This document shows positions 1-14,107 of a stretch of 64,000 nucleotides of DNA, piece by piece. Every line of letters begins with the position of its first letter. The first letter of the stretch is position 1. Under the pieces are notes generated by a model, which was given only the letters and a program-made list of their open reading frames with translations, was not told the DNA's origin and did no database searches. The translations under genes were made by a program, and so were the position numbers. Origin of the DNA: Camelus dromedarius (lineage: Eukaryota); assembly GCF_036321535.1 (NCBI RefSeq), contig NC_087436.1, positions 92,320,001-92,384,000 of the forward strand, written 5' to 3'.

Positions 1-1129
1 TAACTCATCCAATCTCTGGCTTTTGAATGCCTGCCAAATTCTTTAGACTTCTTCAAGGTGACCAATGCAAATAATTCACTCACTGTTTCAACATTCTCGA
101 TTGTCAGTTGTTCCAAGACATGCTGTGTTGTGATAAGAAAAAACAGAAACAAAACTCCCTATTTACTTCCCAATGCCAGAAAATCAGCTGCAGTGACATT
201 GAGAGAATGTGAGATGAGCTTTTCGTCTTATTATTTAGGATGAAATAGGCATTGGACCAGGTTTTCTGCAGAGCAGAAATTTCAATAAATGTGCTACTGC
301 TCCTGTTACCTCTCGCTGAAAGTGGCATCTCATGTCTCACACAGTCCCTGAACATCTTACTGAATGCATTATGGAAACAGACATCGAATACGGTTTACTC
401 TGTAATTTGTCTACTGTCTAATCTACAAAGAAAAACTAGAAGCAACAAGATTTCTTACAGGTTGAGTAAAATGTTTCCTTTCACTGTGGCTGTTCAATTG
501 TGCTAACATCAAGAGTGTTTATATAATGAGAACATTTCCCCTAATTTTCCATTCAACTCATCTGCAAAGAATTGCTAAAAGTTAAAGAACTTTGAGCTTT
601 TGCTAGATGTGTAATAATATTAAGAAATCAATATTAATTTTTAGGTGTGATAATAGTATTTTTTAGGTTTAGTGACTTTGACCTCATGTAGGAACTAAGC
701 TTCACCCATAACAGAAAGGAAGGAGCATGTAGAGTCCCTGGAACGAATTGCCTCAACGTCTTTTGTAAGAAAGGCATTAGGTCAATTACTGAGCAGAAAA
801 AGCTTTATTAAATGTCATCAATTTAAAAAGAAACATCCTCTTATTTTCCATTTTATATAATCCCTTTCAGTAAGCCGTGAGGCTCTTACCAAAGTACTTT
901 TCATGTAGTTTTGACAGCTGTGTTCTGAGGATTGAAGAGATGGGGAGTAATGGGAACTGAGGGCTCTTCCCCCCACCCCTGAACACTGCTAAGGCCAGTG
1001 TGGACAGGCCTGAACCTGAGACATGTAAAGGGGAGGTACCAGCGGCAGAGCTGAGAATAGGCAAGTGGACAAGTAAGGAGCAGATCTGGAAAAAAAGAAA
1101 GAAGAAAAAGAAACAAAACTTCTTTTCCA

Positions 1130-1810
1130 AATATGCAGAGTGGAATTACACTGTATGACTTGTTAAAAATATAAATCTAGTCTCCCCACCACGTTTCTAA
1201 ATACAAAAGGATAAACAGTAACCTTTCAGTGGAGCAAGCTGGCAGTCACCACCTTAACCAAGTGATGAAAATTAACATCAGTGGTAATGGGGTATCCACA
1301 CCACATGCCTCCTGATAGGCTGCACTGAGAACACATCACATCTGCAGCATTCCTGCCAGAACCCCGAGGAGACATAAGACAAACCCATACTGAAGGATGC
1401 TCTACAAAACAACTGGCCTGTGCTCCTCGGAAATGTCAATGTCATGAAATGAAAGAAAGGCCAAATGACTGGTCCAGATTAAAGGAGACTAAAGGGACAG
1501 GAAAATTCAGTACAACTCATGATCTGTTACTGGGACAAATGACAAAATCTGAATCAGGTCTGTAGATTAGATACTAGCATCATTTTAATATTAAATTCCT
1601 GATTTTAATCATCACATTGTAATATGTAATAGAATGTTCTTATTAAAAGAAAATACACACTGAAGTGCTTAGCAGTAAGGTGCATCATGTCAGCAAATTA
1701 CTCTCAGACAGTTCAGAAAGAACAAGAGAGAAAGAGAAGGATAAAGCAAATACAGTAAAATGTACTTTTCTAACAACTTTCTGTAAATCTGAACTATGTC
1801 ACAATTCTTT
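1130..1810 (+). mobile_element. Old L1 3' UTR relic (L1MC4/5-like)
   Basis: Characteristic segments such as gtggagcaagctggcagtcaccaccttaaccaagtgat, aaatacacactgaagt and caactttctgtaaatctgaa. Confidence 0.7.
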
Positions 1811-2250
1811 TAATTTCTCACATAAAATATTAAGGTAAATATATTTCCGTAAAGAAAGTTTAAAAAAAATAGCTTAATCCCTTCGCAGGGAGTCTGTTTG
1901 AGGCCACACTTGTTTCTAGACTTGTTTCCCTGTCCTGTTTTCCATTCTTCCTTTTTCCCCCAAATGCTTAGACCTTCAGTGCCAACTTCCATTTCTACTT
2001 AAGGAAACTCTCATTCTCTCAAGACCAGTGCAATACATTGGACTTAGTAACTTGTTTCCCAAAGACAGAGTAACTCAGTCCAGAATGAGATAGAGGGGAG
2101 GGTTGTAAATGGATGAATCGTGGTACTTCAGGGACGTGCCTTGTATGACATCCTCCCAGTGGTGCGAGGCAACAACATGCCTCCTCCTTCTTCCTGCTCA
2201 ATCACAAAATAGCAACTATATCAAACTTGTGCACCTCTCTCTCTTTTTCT

Positions 2251-2272
2251 AACACACACACACACACACACA
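2251..2272. repeat. (AC)n microsatellite
   Basis: Read directly from the sequence. Confidence 0.9.
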
Positions 2273-2420
2273 CCCAAAGAACACAGAGATATTTTCAGAG
2301 ACAATACAGAATAGATTCATACTAGACAAGAGATAGTTCCCCAAGAATTGAATAATCTTTACACAGTCCCTCTTTCAGCAACGAGACAGCTCTTCCCCTT
2401 ATTATTGTGCATTCCAACCA

Positions 2421-2785
2421 CAGTTGACCCTTGAACAAGATGGCTTTGAACAGCAAGGGTCCACTTATGTGAAGAGTTTTTCAATTAATATATTGTAAAA
2501 AATTGGGGGAGATTTGGAATAATTTGAAAAAACTCACAATCACATGGCCTAGAAATATCAAAAAATTAGGAAAAATTTAGGTATGTCATGAATGCATAAA
2601 ATATATATAAGTATACGTAGAACATACAAAATAGGTATCAATCAGTTGTTTACTTTATCAGTAAGGCTTCCGGTCAACAGGAGCCTATTAGTAAATAAGT
2701 TTAGGGGGAGTTAAAAGTTACACATGGATTTTCAATTGCACAGGAGGTGGGTGCTCCTAGCCCCCTCATTGCTTAATTTAACTAC
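2421..2785. mobile_element. Tigger2-family (TcMar) non-autonomous DNA transposon fossil
   Basis: Begins with the Tigger2 TIR cagttgacccttgaacaa and contains internal taggtatgtcatgaatgcataaaat and gtaaggcttccggtcaacag. The right TIR is degraded. Confidence 0.85.
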
Positions 2786-4489
2786 TCTCATATTCATCCT
2801 CCCATTTCCAAATCAAAAGAGGGGACAGTTGGTGAGTAAGACAAATCCATCTTTTCAAACAATAGAGATGTCTGTCTTTGCTTGCCAAATTCTAGCCACC
2901 AAAAGACCCGGGGATGCTCTGGAATTATAACTTTCCTATACCTTACTCTAGATAAACATTTTGGGTTGTGTGTTCTTCTAGGAGTCGGCAGCAGGACAGA
3001 TCATCATCTATCCAGAAGAACTGCTGGGGAGTTGCGGGCGGAGGAGGGATAAAGAGTGAGGATTTGGAACGCTGGGCTCCACCTTGCCTCTGGAGTCTTT
3101 ATTCAGTGTTTCCTTTTGTAAGAATTCATCACCAACCTTAGCATCCGCCCTCTATGCTCCCTTCAGGACACCCCTCCATTTCTCCATTTGTTTCTATTCC
3201 AATTCTCCAACTTCATTCAGGGTCTCCCAACTGCAAGCTTAGACTTTAAAACTAAACAGAACCAATTAGGAAACGCCTTGGAAAATAAACAAAATCCAAC
3301 CCAATGTCATCAAAAGAACTATACACGTTAATGCTAACAGATAGAAACAATATGAAAAGAATGTAAAGTAGAGTAACACAGTAATAGATTAGTTGATACT
3401 AATTCAATGGACCAAATGTGGACTTCTGTACATGGAGTAAAGTATTAGGCAATGGATGACTTGAATCTAGAGATGGCTTCCACTGACAAAGATGTAAGAA
3501 AACTTTCAAGGACAACTGTAGTTCTAGAGCTCAGAAGTGCTAGACGACATCTCTGGTTAATATTCAGCCTCAGCCAATTTCAAGTATAACCTCCAAAAGT
3601 GCTTGGGATGCTAAGCCTAAACCTGTTTGGATGACATAACTGTTTCTAAGAGAATTATTTGCTTTAAACCTGGAGAATTAAGTGTATCTATGATCAAGTA
3701 AATCAAACCTATAGCACTAATAGTTTTTAGTAAAGTTTAGAAATAATCAATGTATTTAAGAGAATTTCACCTATTACAAAGATATTTCATCCTTGTGATT
3801 CCAAATTAAGACTGGATACTTGATTTAATCAAAGATTTTATGTTGAAATCCAACAGTATACAAAAATTTTTAAAAGCCTAAGACATATTTTTATTAGCTA
3901 AATGTATCCTGTTACGGTTACTTAAGTACTTGGAAGGTTCTTTCAGGTGAGTAAAGGACTTAAAAAGAAAACAAAATGTATCAACCTCATAAGCATAGTT
4001 CACAATGTTTAAGGGAGTTTTAGTTTGTGAACAGAATCAAACATTAACACCTCCTTAAAAGTAATTCTTAAAATTTGCTAGATTTTTAAGTAGAATAAAA
4101 TTAAGTGGAATTTCAAAGCTTAAGAAAGAATTATGTTTTAACATAAATTTAATACATTGAATATTAATTTTTAAAAATAAAATTGCTTTGGATAATTTTT
4201 TGGGGATCCAAAAGTCATCCTCAAGAACACAGAAAACTCTCATCACGAGACGGCCACGGTAGCTCCCTAACATGGTATGAGCCTCTTCCCTCACAGGGCA
4301 GTCTGTACAGAACCGGAAGACTGATGTTTCCACGATGCTGTTAAGTAATATTGCCCTTTCTTTAGAGGTTTAGAAATCTCTAATTCTTTGATTTTTCCCT
4401 TTTCTGATATAAAAAGAGAAAACACTTAAATAGAAGATCTTTCTATTCTATCATTTACTTTATTCATTGCTTTGTGAATCTTTCACCTG

Positions 4490-7177
4490 TTTTTTTATTT
4501 AAACTTAAAAAAAAAAAATTGTTCACCTATTTCTCCTATCCCCTCACAACACTCCACCTCTTACAACCACCAGTCTGATCTCTGTATCTATGAACTTGTG
4601 TTTTTATTTTTTGTTTGTTTGTTTTTGGGTTCCGTATATGAGAGAGATCATATGATATTTGTCTTTCTCTGTCTGACCTATTTCATTTAGCATAATGCCC
4701 TGGAATTCCATTTGTGTTGTCACAAATGGCAAACTTTCATTCTTTTTATGGCTAAATAATATTCAATCATATATATATATGCAATTTCTTTATCCATTCA
4801 TCCATTGATGGTCACTTAAGTTGTTTTCATATCTTAGCTATTGTTAACAATGATGCAATGAAAGTAGGGGTACATATAGCCCTTCAAATTAGTGTTTCTG
4901 TTTTCTTCAGATAAATACCAAGAAGTGGAATTGCTGGATTATATGGCAGTTCTATTTCTAATTTTTTGAGGAACTTGCATATTGTTTCCCACAGTGGTTG
5001 CACCAATTTGCGCTCTCACCAATGGTGTATGAGGGTTCCCCTTTCTCCATTTCCTTGCCAAACTTGTTATTTCTTGTCCTTTTTATAATAGCCATTTTAA
5101 CAGCTGTGAGGTGATACCTCATTATGATTTTGACTTGCATTTCCCCGATGATTAATGATGTTGAGCGTTTTTTCATGCACCTGTTGTCTTTTTGGGGGGA
5201 AATGTCTATTCAGATCTTCTGTCCATTTTTTAACTGAGCTGTTTGTTTTCTTGCTATTGAGTTGTATGAGTTCTTTTTATATTTTGGATATTAGTCCCCT
5301 TATCAGATATATGATTTTTAGTTATTTTCTCCTACTCAATGGGCTGCCTTTTCATTTTGTTGATGGTCTCCTTTGCTGTGCAGAAACCTTTTGGTTTGAC
5401 GTAGTCCCATTTGTTTATTTTTGCCTTCATTGCTTTTGCTTTTGGTGTCAGATTCAAAAAATCATCACCAAGACCTCTGCCAAGGAGCTTACTGCCCGTG
5501 TTTCCTTCCACAAGTTTTATGGTTTCAGGTCTTACACTCAAGTCTTTAATTCATTTTGAGTTAATTTTTGTGTATGATTTAAGACAGTGATCCAGTTTCA
5601 TTCTTTTGCAAGTAGCTGTCCAATTTTCCCAGCACTATTTATTGAAGAAATTGTCCTTTCGCCATTGTATATTCTTGGCTCTTTTGTCATAAATTAATTG
5701 ACCACACATGTGTGGGTTTATTTCTGGGCTCTCTATTCTGTTCCATTGATCTATGTGTCTGTTTTCATGCCAATATCATACTGTTTTAATACTACAGTTT
5801 AGTTTGAAACCAAGAAATGTGATTTCCAGCTTTGCTCTTCTTTCTCAAGCTTGCTTTGGCTATTTGGGGTCTTTAGTGGTTCCACACAAATGCCAGGATT
5901 GTTGTTCTATTTCTGTGAAAAATACTACCAGAATTTTGATAGAGATTACATTGAATCTGTATTTTGCTTTGGGTAGTATGAACAATTTAACAATATTAAG
6001 TCTCCCATTCATGAGCACAGAATGTCTTTTCATTTATTTATGTTCTTCCTCAATGTCTTTCATTAATGTCTTGTAGTTTTCAATATACAGGTCTTTCACT
6101 TGCCTGGTGAAAATTTATTCCTAGGTATTTTATTCTTTTTGATGCAATTATAACTGGGACTGTTTTTTAAAAATTCTCTTTCTGATAGACTGTTACTAGT
6201 GTGAAGAAATGCAACTGATTTTTGTGTATTTATTTTGTATCCTGCAACTTCATTGAATTTATTCACTAGTTCTAACATTTTTTGATGAAGTCTTCAGGGT
6301 TTTCTATCTATAATATCATGTCATCTGCAAATGTTGACAATTTTACCTCTTCCTTTCCAATTTGAATGCCTTTTCTTTCTTGTTCTTGCCTAATTGTTCT
6401 GGCTAAGACTTCCAACACTATCTTGAATAAAAGTGGTGAGAGTAGACAGCCTTGTCTTGCTCCAGATCCTCAAGGAAAAGCTTTCAGCTTGTCACTGTTG
6501 AGTATGCTGCTAGCTGTGGGACTGTCATATATACTCTTTATTATATTGAAGTATGTTCCCTTTATACCCAGTTTGTTGAAAGTTTTCATCATAAAATGGA
6601 TGTTAAATTTTGTCAAATGCTTTTTCTGCATCTTTTGAGAACATATAATTTTTATCCTTCATTTTGTTAACATGGTGTGTCACACTGGCTGATTTGCAGA
6701 TGTTGAACCATTTTACATCTGTGAAATAAATCCCATTTGATCATGTTGTACAGTCCTTTTGATGTATTGCTAAATTCAGTGTGCTAAGACTTTGCTGAGG
6801 ATTTTTGCATCTAAGTTCATCAGAGATATTGGCTATTATTTTCTTTTTTTGTGGCTTCCTTGTCCGGTTTTTGGTATCAGGGTAAATTTGGCCTCCTAAA
6901 ATGTGTGTGGAAGAGTTCCCCCTCTTCTATCTTTTGGAAGAGTTTTAGAATAATTAGTATCAGTTCTTACTTGGATGTTTGATAGACTTCACCAGTGAAG
7001 CAGTTTGGCCCTGGAATTTTATTTGTTGGGAGGTTTTTGATTACTGATTTAATCTCCTTGCTAGTAATCACTCTGTTCAGATTTTCTATTTCTTCATGAT
7101 TCAGTCTCAGGAAATTGTACATTTCTAGGAATTTATCCATTTCTTCCCAGTTGTTCAATTTGCTGGTGTATATTGTT
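4490..7177 (-). mobile_element. 5'-truncated LINE-1 of about 2.7 kb (ORF2 3' part plus 3' UTR), decayed
   Basis: Minus-strand ORF fragments are L1 ORF2 peptides ([70 protein letters not shown]), broken by stops and frameshifts. Confidence 0.95.
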
Positions 7178-7479
7178 TAAATTTTATTTGCTTTGAAACA
7201 GGAAGTCACCTTAATTAAGTTATTACTTTATCAACTTTTATCTCTATTTTCTACTGTACTCTATTCAATATTATATTCAATTAGCATTTAATAAATTCTT
7301 TGCTAACCCCCAGCAATTTGAAACCTATTTCATCAAGCCTGTTTCTAAAATAAGGCAAATTCTTTTTCTTATAAATATTTAAAAACACAATTTGAACAGA
7401 ATGTAGTTTCATGATTATGCCCATGAAGAACTCCAGGATTTTAATACTGCAACCTGGAGAATGATTTCTGATATTTATG

Positions 7480-7978
7480 GGAAAGCCAGAGAATCCTGGC
7501 TGCCTACCCTCAAATGCATTCTTTCCTTCCTCATTGGCATCAGACTCTCAAATTTTCTCTAGATTCCTTAACAGTTGAACAAAATAACTAAATTTACCAG
7601 CTTCCCTTTCAGCTAGGTATGGCCATGTGACTAAGTTCTAGCCAATAAGGTATAAGCATAACTTTTATGGAGACTTCAGCATAAAGAGCTCTGTCTCAGC
7701 ATGGTGGGGTCTCTTTATCCTTAGTCCCTTTCCCATCTCCCAGTGTGGATGTTATGGCTGGCACACCAGAAGCCAGCTAGGACCATGAGGTGACCTTGAA
7801 GACGGAAGCCATATGTCAGCACAGCAGAGCCGAAAGGGAAGACCCTAGATCCTTGATGCCAGTATGGAGCCCATCTTCAGACTTCTTTTATATGACAGAG
7901 AATAAACTTTCACTTTGCATGAGTCACTGTTATTTGGGGTTTTCTATTATATGCAGTCAAACTTTATTCTAAAGGACA
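7480..7978 (+). mobile_element. MaLR solo LTR (MLT1I/J-like)
   Basis: Contains ggccatgtgactaagttctagccaat and ends aataaact...gtcactgttatttggggttttctattatatgcagtcaaac, typical of MLT1. Confidence 0.75.
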
Positions 7979-8244
7979 TAAGTACACATACTTGTTTTAA
8001 GATTTTAATAAATATTACTAATGAGCATTCTTGCCACAAGTCTCTTGAAACCAATAAATAGAATCCTGCATTAAAATTACATATTCAACATCCCTGCTAT
8101 TTGTCGTACGAATGATAGATTAAGTATACATATGTTATTTGACTATACAAAGAAAGGCAATATTGAGGAAAATGCTTCTAATAACTAAAATCATCTAGTT
8201 TTATGTCACTCAGAGTAGAAAAACATCTTGGGTGCACTAAACAA

Positions 8245-8430
8245 TAATAGCTAAAATTTGTACAGTACATCATAATAAACTATGTTATGTTCTTCTCACA
8301 ACATTCTGATAGTGTACATAGTATAATTATTCTCCATTTTACAGATAAGAAGATTGAGGCACAGAGAAGTCAGGTGACTTGGCCAAAGTTGTACCAGTGG
8401 GTAAGTGGTAGAACTTGTATATTAATCCGT
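8245..8430 (-). mobile_element. MIR SINE
   Basis: Core ccattttacagataagaagattgaggcacagagaagtcaggtgacttggccaa. Confidence 0.8.
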
Positions 8431-10679
8431 TTGCCTGCATGTTAACTGGGTTTTTTAATGATATTCTCAAGATCCAATCACTACAATAATCAGAACTGAG
8501 ATGCAAATCGAGTCTTCTGATTCATTTTTTTCGTTATATTAGGATTGATACCAATGAGCTTTTTACGTTAATCATAACTTCTTTTTTCAGACTACTAAAA
8601 GCTATAGTAGCATTAAACGATAAGTAAAGCACTTCCACTAATTGAGTTGTGCTCAAATATAACACACACTTAGGACTCTCAAAGAAAGTAACAGAGGTAA
8701 CCTCCCCTCCTTGAATGTCAGAATTTCTGGTTCAATAAGAAATCAACCCAACATCTAAAAAGATCAAACACAGCTGTATCCATAGCTATACTTATATCTG
8801 TAACTACATAGAAAAGATTATATTTTTAGATAAACAGACTATTGTCCTTTACTCATAGCACCCTAAGTATTACTAAAATGCCTCATATTATATTCAAGCT
8901 TGAGTTTTTAAAACATCGTTTCCTCTGTTAATTGAGCAGATCTTTGTCATCTTCAGCCTGACCTCTTTACTTCTAATCCTTGCTCCGTATTCTATTACCA
9001 ACACAAAAAACCTTATTAAAACACAGTTTTATCCTGTGTCCTAGAGCCACAACTGTAACTCCCTTTCACCTTGTGCATTCATTCCATCACCTTTGCAATC
9101 TGCATGGTCCTCCATAATTTGGTTCCCATGTACTTACTCAAGTTTATTTCCCAGTATTTCCCAACCTATAGGTCTCCTTTTTCCTCCTGCACTGTCATTT
9201 TAGATCAAAAGTAAGTCAGGAGACGCCAACAGGGGCTAGATGCAGGCATGGAACTGAATTAAGGGGCACTGGAAACTTTGAGGCGCTATGCAGACAACAG
9301 ATTACAGCTGTTTCAGTTAGAGGGGATATGGCTGCTGGAAGCCAGGGAAGCAAGCTGGAGTCAGAACAGCCTGGATTCAGGAACAGGAGGAAAGAGGTTC
9401 CAACTTAACAGGCAAAGATCATTTTTAAGAGTTCAGATCGAATGAAAAACAGACAACAGAACACAGGCAGGGCAGAGGAGCTGACATGTCAGGCTGGAAT
9501 AGGCAAGCAGATCTATTCAAAAGGTCAAGCCTCTGCTCTCATACTTGGCACTAGCTCACTTTGCTCTTAGCCTCCAATACGTCCACTTCTACAAGTCTTC
9601 AATCTATAGTTGGTTCACCTTATTTACAGCTTTTCTTTATAGTGTTTTTCCCCCTGGCCTCTTTCTTTGGGGTGAATACTAAAATGTAGTCTTGGGTTAA
9701 GTATTGACTCTCTTTCTCCATTTGGTAGATTTCCTCAGAGTTCAAAGAGATAAATGATTCCTCTTTCTGGCAGATGTTGTTTCTGAGATTTTGGGGGGGG
9801 GGGGTCAGAGGGGAAAAAAACAACAACATTGTGATTTTCCAGTAAATCTGCTAAACGCTGCAGTGAATTGTGAACCTAAGAAGAGAATATATCACCCAAG
9901 AGGGCCAAGTACAATTGGCAAATATTTCATATTTGAAAGCCATGGCTTTTTTCAATTAATCAGGACACCATCTTGTTTAAGCCTGGCGTTCTTTCCAAAT
10001 TAAGAGTCATGGAATTACAAAATTGTATTTGATAACCACATTTATTTATCTCATTTGCTGCTATACTCAATTTTTGATAAAAATTCCTCTTTCTGTACTT
10101 TTACCTCATTATTATCACCTCTCCTCCCTTGAAATAACACCTCATACGACACAGCAAAAAAGAAAAAAAAAAAAAAGCAAGATTTTTCTCAGGAGGTTTT
10201 TTTTTTCATTTCTAATATTGGCTTTCTGGTTAACAACAAAGAAATAAATTATAAATAATTTCCAGTCTTCACTGGCAATTCTTTCCATATAAGAAATATG
10301 GACACCATTTTCAAGATAAAAGCTGTAACATCCAATAGAAACAAATTGTTACTGTGCATTTTCAGATATATTACAAAAGTACATATAAATATTTCTGAAG
10401 CATTCCAGATACATGTATGAAAGCCCAGAAATATTTTGAGGTACAATCAATACATACAGGTGTGGACTACCTTTCCATTAGAGTGTGATATGCACTTGTG
10501 ACTTTATATTTATTTACTTACATAACTATTTGATGAGTGTCATAATTTTTTATGGGTCAGAATCTATTGGTTTAGCTGACCATTCAATCTCAGATACCCA
10601 GCACAGTCTCTAGAATACGGTGGGCACTCAATAAATTGCACTGAATGTATGAAGAAGAAGTATCTCTAGTTGTACAGAA

Positions 10680-10855
10680 CCATACCAAGGGGCAAGATGA
10701 ACTTCTGGAAAAGATGGATATGTTTATTATTTTGAATGTAGTGATGGCTTTGTAGGCATATATACATATATATACACCAAACTTGTCAAATTCTATAGTT
10801 TAAACATGTTAAGTTTATTGTTTGTCAATTATATCTCAATAAAGCTGCTTTTTAA
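10680..10855 (+). mobile_element. Old L1 3' end (L1MD/ME-like)
   Basis: Ends tttattgtttgtcaattatatctcaataaagctg. Confidence 0.75.
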
Positions 10856-11714
10856 AATGCCAAAATTAATGAAAATGTTACACTAAATATATTATCCATT
10901 AATTTTCACTTCCTGGCTCTGGTAGGAAGGAAATTTTAAAGTAAAAATCATGCCATTTAATCAGTCTCTTATCAATCTGAAATAATAAGTTTGAAGTCAA
11001 ATCTTAACACTAGGACTGTTTTGCCTTGAATGCTCATTTACTTTTTGAGTAAAAATTTCAGTAAATGTTTTTCCTAAAAAATTGTGTGTGAATTGAACAC
11101 TATTTTAAATGTACTGGAGGATATTTTTAAATGTTTTCTATTAAGAATTTTTTTATATAATAAAAAATTCACACTTTAAACCTTGTTTCATTTAAACAGG
11201 AACAAAGTATTTTCAATTACAGTGAAGAAAAAAACCATTGTACTTTTTTTGTTGGAAAATCCCAGGACATGAAGAAGATAACCACGTTTAAAGACATTAT
11301 AACTCAGAATTAAAAACCTTGCTAAGGTGTTTGAAAAGGGAATGGTAATAGAGTCATAAGAAATGAATTACAGACATGAGAGGAAAGTATTGATTTTATC
11401 ATTATGAGTAAGAATAAGTGACTGGATTACTCAGTGACAATGAATTTAGAGCTTTTGGTTGAAGTCAGTTTGTTTTTAAAGTTTGATCACTTGATTTTAA
11501 TAAAAGCGAATATGGTACTCAGAAGATTTTTCTGATATCAATTAATTCATAGCAAATATGTTCTAAATTATTTCATGACAAAGTAATATTGTATTTATGC
11601 TTAGGAAGGGTATAACTTATTATCTATCCCAATAAAATGCTACCTATTCTTTGACTTATTTCCAGTCTCCAATCTTAGGGAACCAGATCATTCACAGTAC
11701 ACACATTTTTTCAG

Positions 11715-12440
11715 TTCATTCATTCATTCAACAAATATTTATTGATCCTGTGCTATGTGACAGACACTGTTCTTAAAGTCAGATAAACTGCAATAAGTAA
11801 GACAAATACAGCAAGACCTATTTATCATGAACAGGTAAACAAACAGGAAAACTTCAGAGATAAATGCTATGAGGAAAAGAGAATAAGGGAACGTGGTGGT
11901 GGCTGGCACTAGGGGGAGTGGGGCAATATTAGCCAGGCTGGGCTGAAACAATGGGAGGCCATGGACCAAACAGGGGGCAGAAGGAGAGGAGTCTGAGAAG
12001 CAGGCAAGGAAGGATCAGAAAGGGTTTGGGTTTCACTCCAAGTGCTATGGGAAGCCACTGAAGTCTTAGGAAATGGTATAAACTCATTTGTGTCTTAAAA
12101 TAATTAAAATAAAAATCACTTGTGCTTTAAAATAATAATAGACATTAACTCATTTGGTTTTTAAAATAGTAATAAAACTCACTGGTGTTCTAAAATAATA
12201 ATCATAATAATAACAATGAATGGGTGACAAAAGTAAAAGCAGGGAGGTCAGTTAGGAGTCCATTTCAGGTGAATGCTGATGGTGGCCTGTACAAGGTGGT
12301 AGAGGGAGAGGTGAAACGTGAATAGAATTAAGTGTGCATGTTTTTAAACTGAGCCTAAAGAACTTGCTCATGCATTGGAAGGGTGTGGGCGGTGACAGCA
12401 AAAGAAAATCAGGATGCGAAGACTTGGGGAAAATGCCTTA
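11715..12440 (-). mobile_element. L2 LINE 3' fragment
   Basis: L2 terminus ttcattcattcattcaacaaatatttattg, followed by typical L2 body segments (gggaagccactgaag, gatggtggcctg). Confidence 0.8.
12079..12203. repeat. Degenerate tandem array of about four 30-35 bp units (aaactcatttgtgtcttaaaataa-like) inside the L2
   Basis: Four related copies are visible: aactcatttgtgtcttaaaat, aatcacttgtgctttaaaat, aactcatttggtttttaaaat, aactcactggtgttctaaaat. Confidence 0.7.
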
Positions 12441-14046
12441 CAAGTCCAGTAACATAATAATCTCTTAACCATACACCATCCATTGAATCAACGTAACACA
12501 AACTATGCACCAAAGGCAATAAGCACCTTCTCTTAAAACAACCAGGTAGTTTTACAAATTGATAGAATTTTATGTTATATCTAAACCTCAGTTTTAAACT
12601 AAAAGATGTAATTATCAAAGTTTAAGATTGTTTTACTCAATTATTTTGTGTTTCTGCAAAAGAATTTAGAGTACAGTAGCCAGTGTTGTCCAGCACCTGT
12701 GTTCCATGGCAGCACAGTTCTCAACTTTGCAATCTTCAGTTGCAATCAGAAGCAGGATCCCCAGGAACCCCTTCAACTACCTTCAGGCCGTAAGTTCCCA
12801 AAGCACTTCTAAGTGTATTATAAATTAGAAAAGTAGTCAGCATGCCTCTCTCACCTAGTTAACTATGAGTTCCTCCTAAGGAGGACCAATTCTTAATTCT
12901 TGGTGTCCCCAACAACAATAAACTCAGGCAACACCAGGTACTTAGTAAGTGAAAACCCATCAAGATAGGAATATGCTCTGACATCTCTTTTAGACTTTCT
13001 GGACTTGATCATTTTTGTGGCTCACACCTCTGGAGACAATTTTTTAAGCAGCTTTATTAAAGTATAATTCACAAACCATACAATTCACCTGTTTAAAGTG
13101 TACAGATTCCCAATGAGTTCCCTGCACACAACAAATTAGTCTCTTTTGTTTCCCCCAAACATAGAGGCTCTTCTGTCATCTCATTTACCTTAATCATTCA
13201 TTAGAAAATCATTATTGAGTACTTACTATATACCAAGCATTCCTACCTGGAATGATGTCTCCTTTTCATTGCTACAGACTTAACCCCTACTTCAAAACCT
13301 AGCTCAACTAGGTTGATCACCCAAGCTCTTGGAATCTCCCCTTCCCTTAATGTTTGTGGTCGTTGCTCTTTGTCTTTTTGGCATTATGTGTCAGTCATCT
13401 TGTTACACTGCTGGTTACTTTCACAAATGCATTAAGTATCTCTGTAACCTAGCACCCTGGCTCACACCTCACATGTTATGCATTCATGGATACTTTGTGG
13501 AGGATGATAAAATCTGGTCCTTTGAAAAGCTGTCCCTCAATAACCCTCGCTTTCTAAGTCCATCAGGAGTGTAGTCACAGGACCTGAAAGTTTTTAAGCA
13601 ATCTTGCTGACATCTGAATTGTATTACAGATTCTGTGACAAGGTCATGTTGCTGGAACCAAGAGTTCCTTGCCAGGGGCTGGCACACTGTGCCTCTCACA
13701 ACAATGGAAGACGAGGAGATCTGAGAGGACTTTGAAATCAAGTCCATGCAGATTAGTACAATACTCTCAACTTCAACCAGGGTTCTGAGCCAATAAAAAC
13801 ATACGTGATTTCCAGCAATCAGGAAATGAATGGTTTTTCAGAAATGAGTTAGGCAGGATACTCTTGCCATTGTGGATAAAGCAATTAACACAACTTGGGA
13901 AAGGGCACACTACATCATGCAATGTTCTCTGTGTCCGAGACTGTTGCCATTTCTTGTATGAGTATGTTGTCAATTTTGCTGATGGGTTGTTAATGGGATA
14001 CACACACACACACAGACATATTAAATAGATTGTTCTTGGGTGTGAG

Positions 14047-14107
14047 TGGGGAGTGGGTAGAGCACATGCTTAGCATGTACGAGGTCCTGGGTTCAATCCC
14101 CAGTATC
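14047..14107 (+). mobile_element. Partial tRNA-derived SINE head (camelid-type)
   Basis: gtagagcacatgcttagcatgtacgaggtcctgggttcaatccccagta contains a B-box and belongs to the same family as the copies at 45034 and 47190. Confidence 0.8.

Noticed and set aside
4055..4333. Minus-strand 92-aa ORF with a CxxC
   Set aside because: Non-ATG start, an AT-rich low-information second half, no convincing splice sites and no recognisable domain.
4958..7158. ORFs with reverse-transcriptase/L1 ORF2 similarity (also 18644-18978, 31522-32016, 42960-43244)
   Set aside because: These are fragments of truncated L1 copies, not genes or intact retroelements.
9200..9560. Purine-rich segment resembling an old gypsy/ERV LTR (similar impression at 35845-36330)
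   Set aside because: I could not define termini or family by eye, so it is not listed as a feature.
12079..12203. Spaced direct repeats superficially like a CRISPR array
   Set aside because: The units are degenerate, AT-rich and nearly adjacent, without unique spacers. They lie inside an L2 in mammalian DNA with no cas genes.
13484..14009. Complex unique-looking sequence with adjacent minus-strand ORFs, a possible processed pseudogene
   Set aside because: I recognised no protein family in the frames examined and saw no polyA or TSD. A blastx search would be needed to revisit this.
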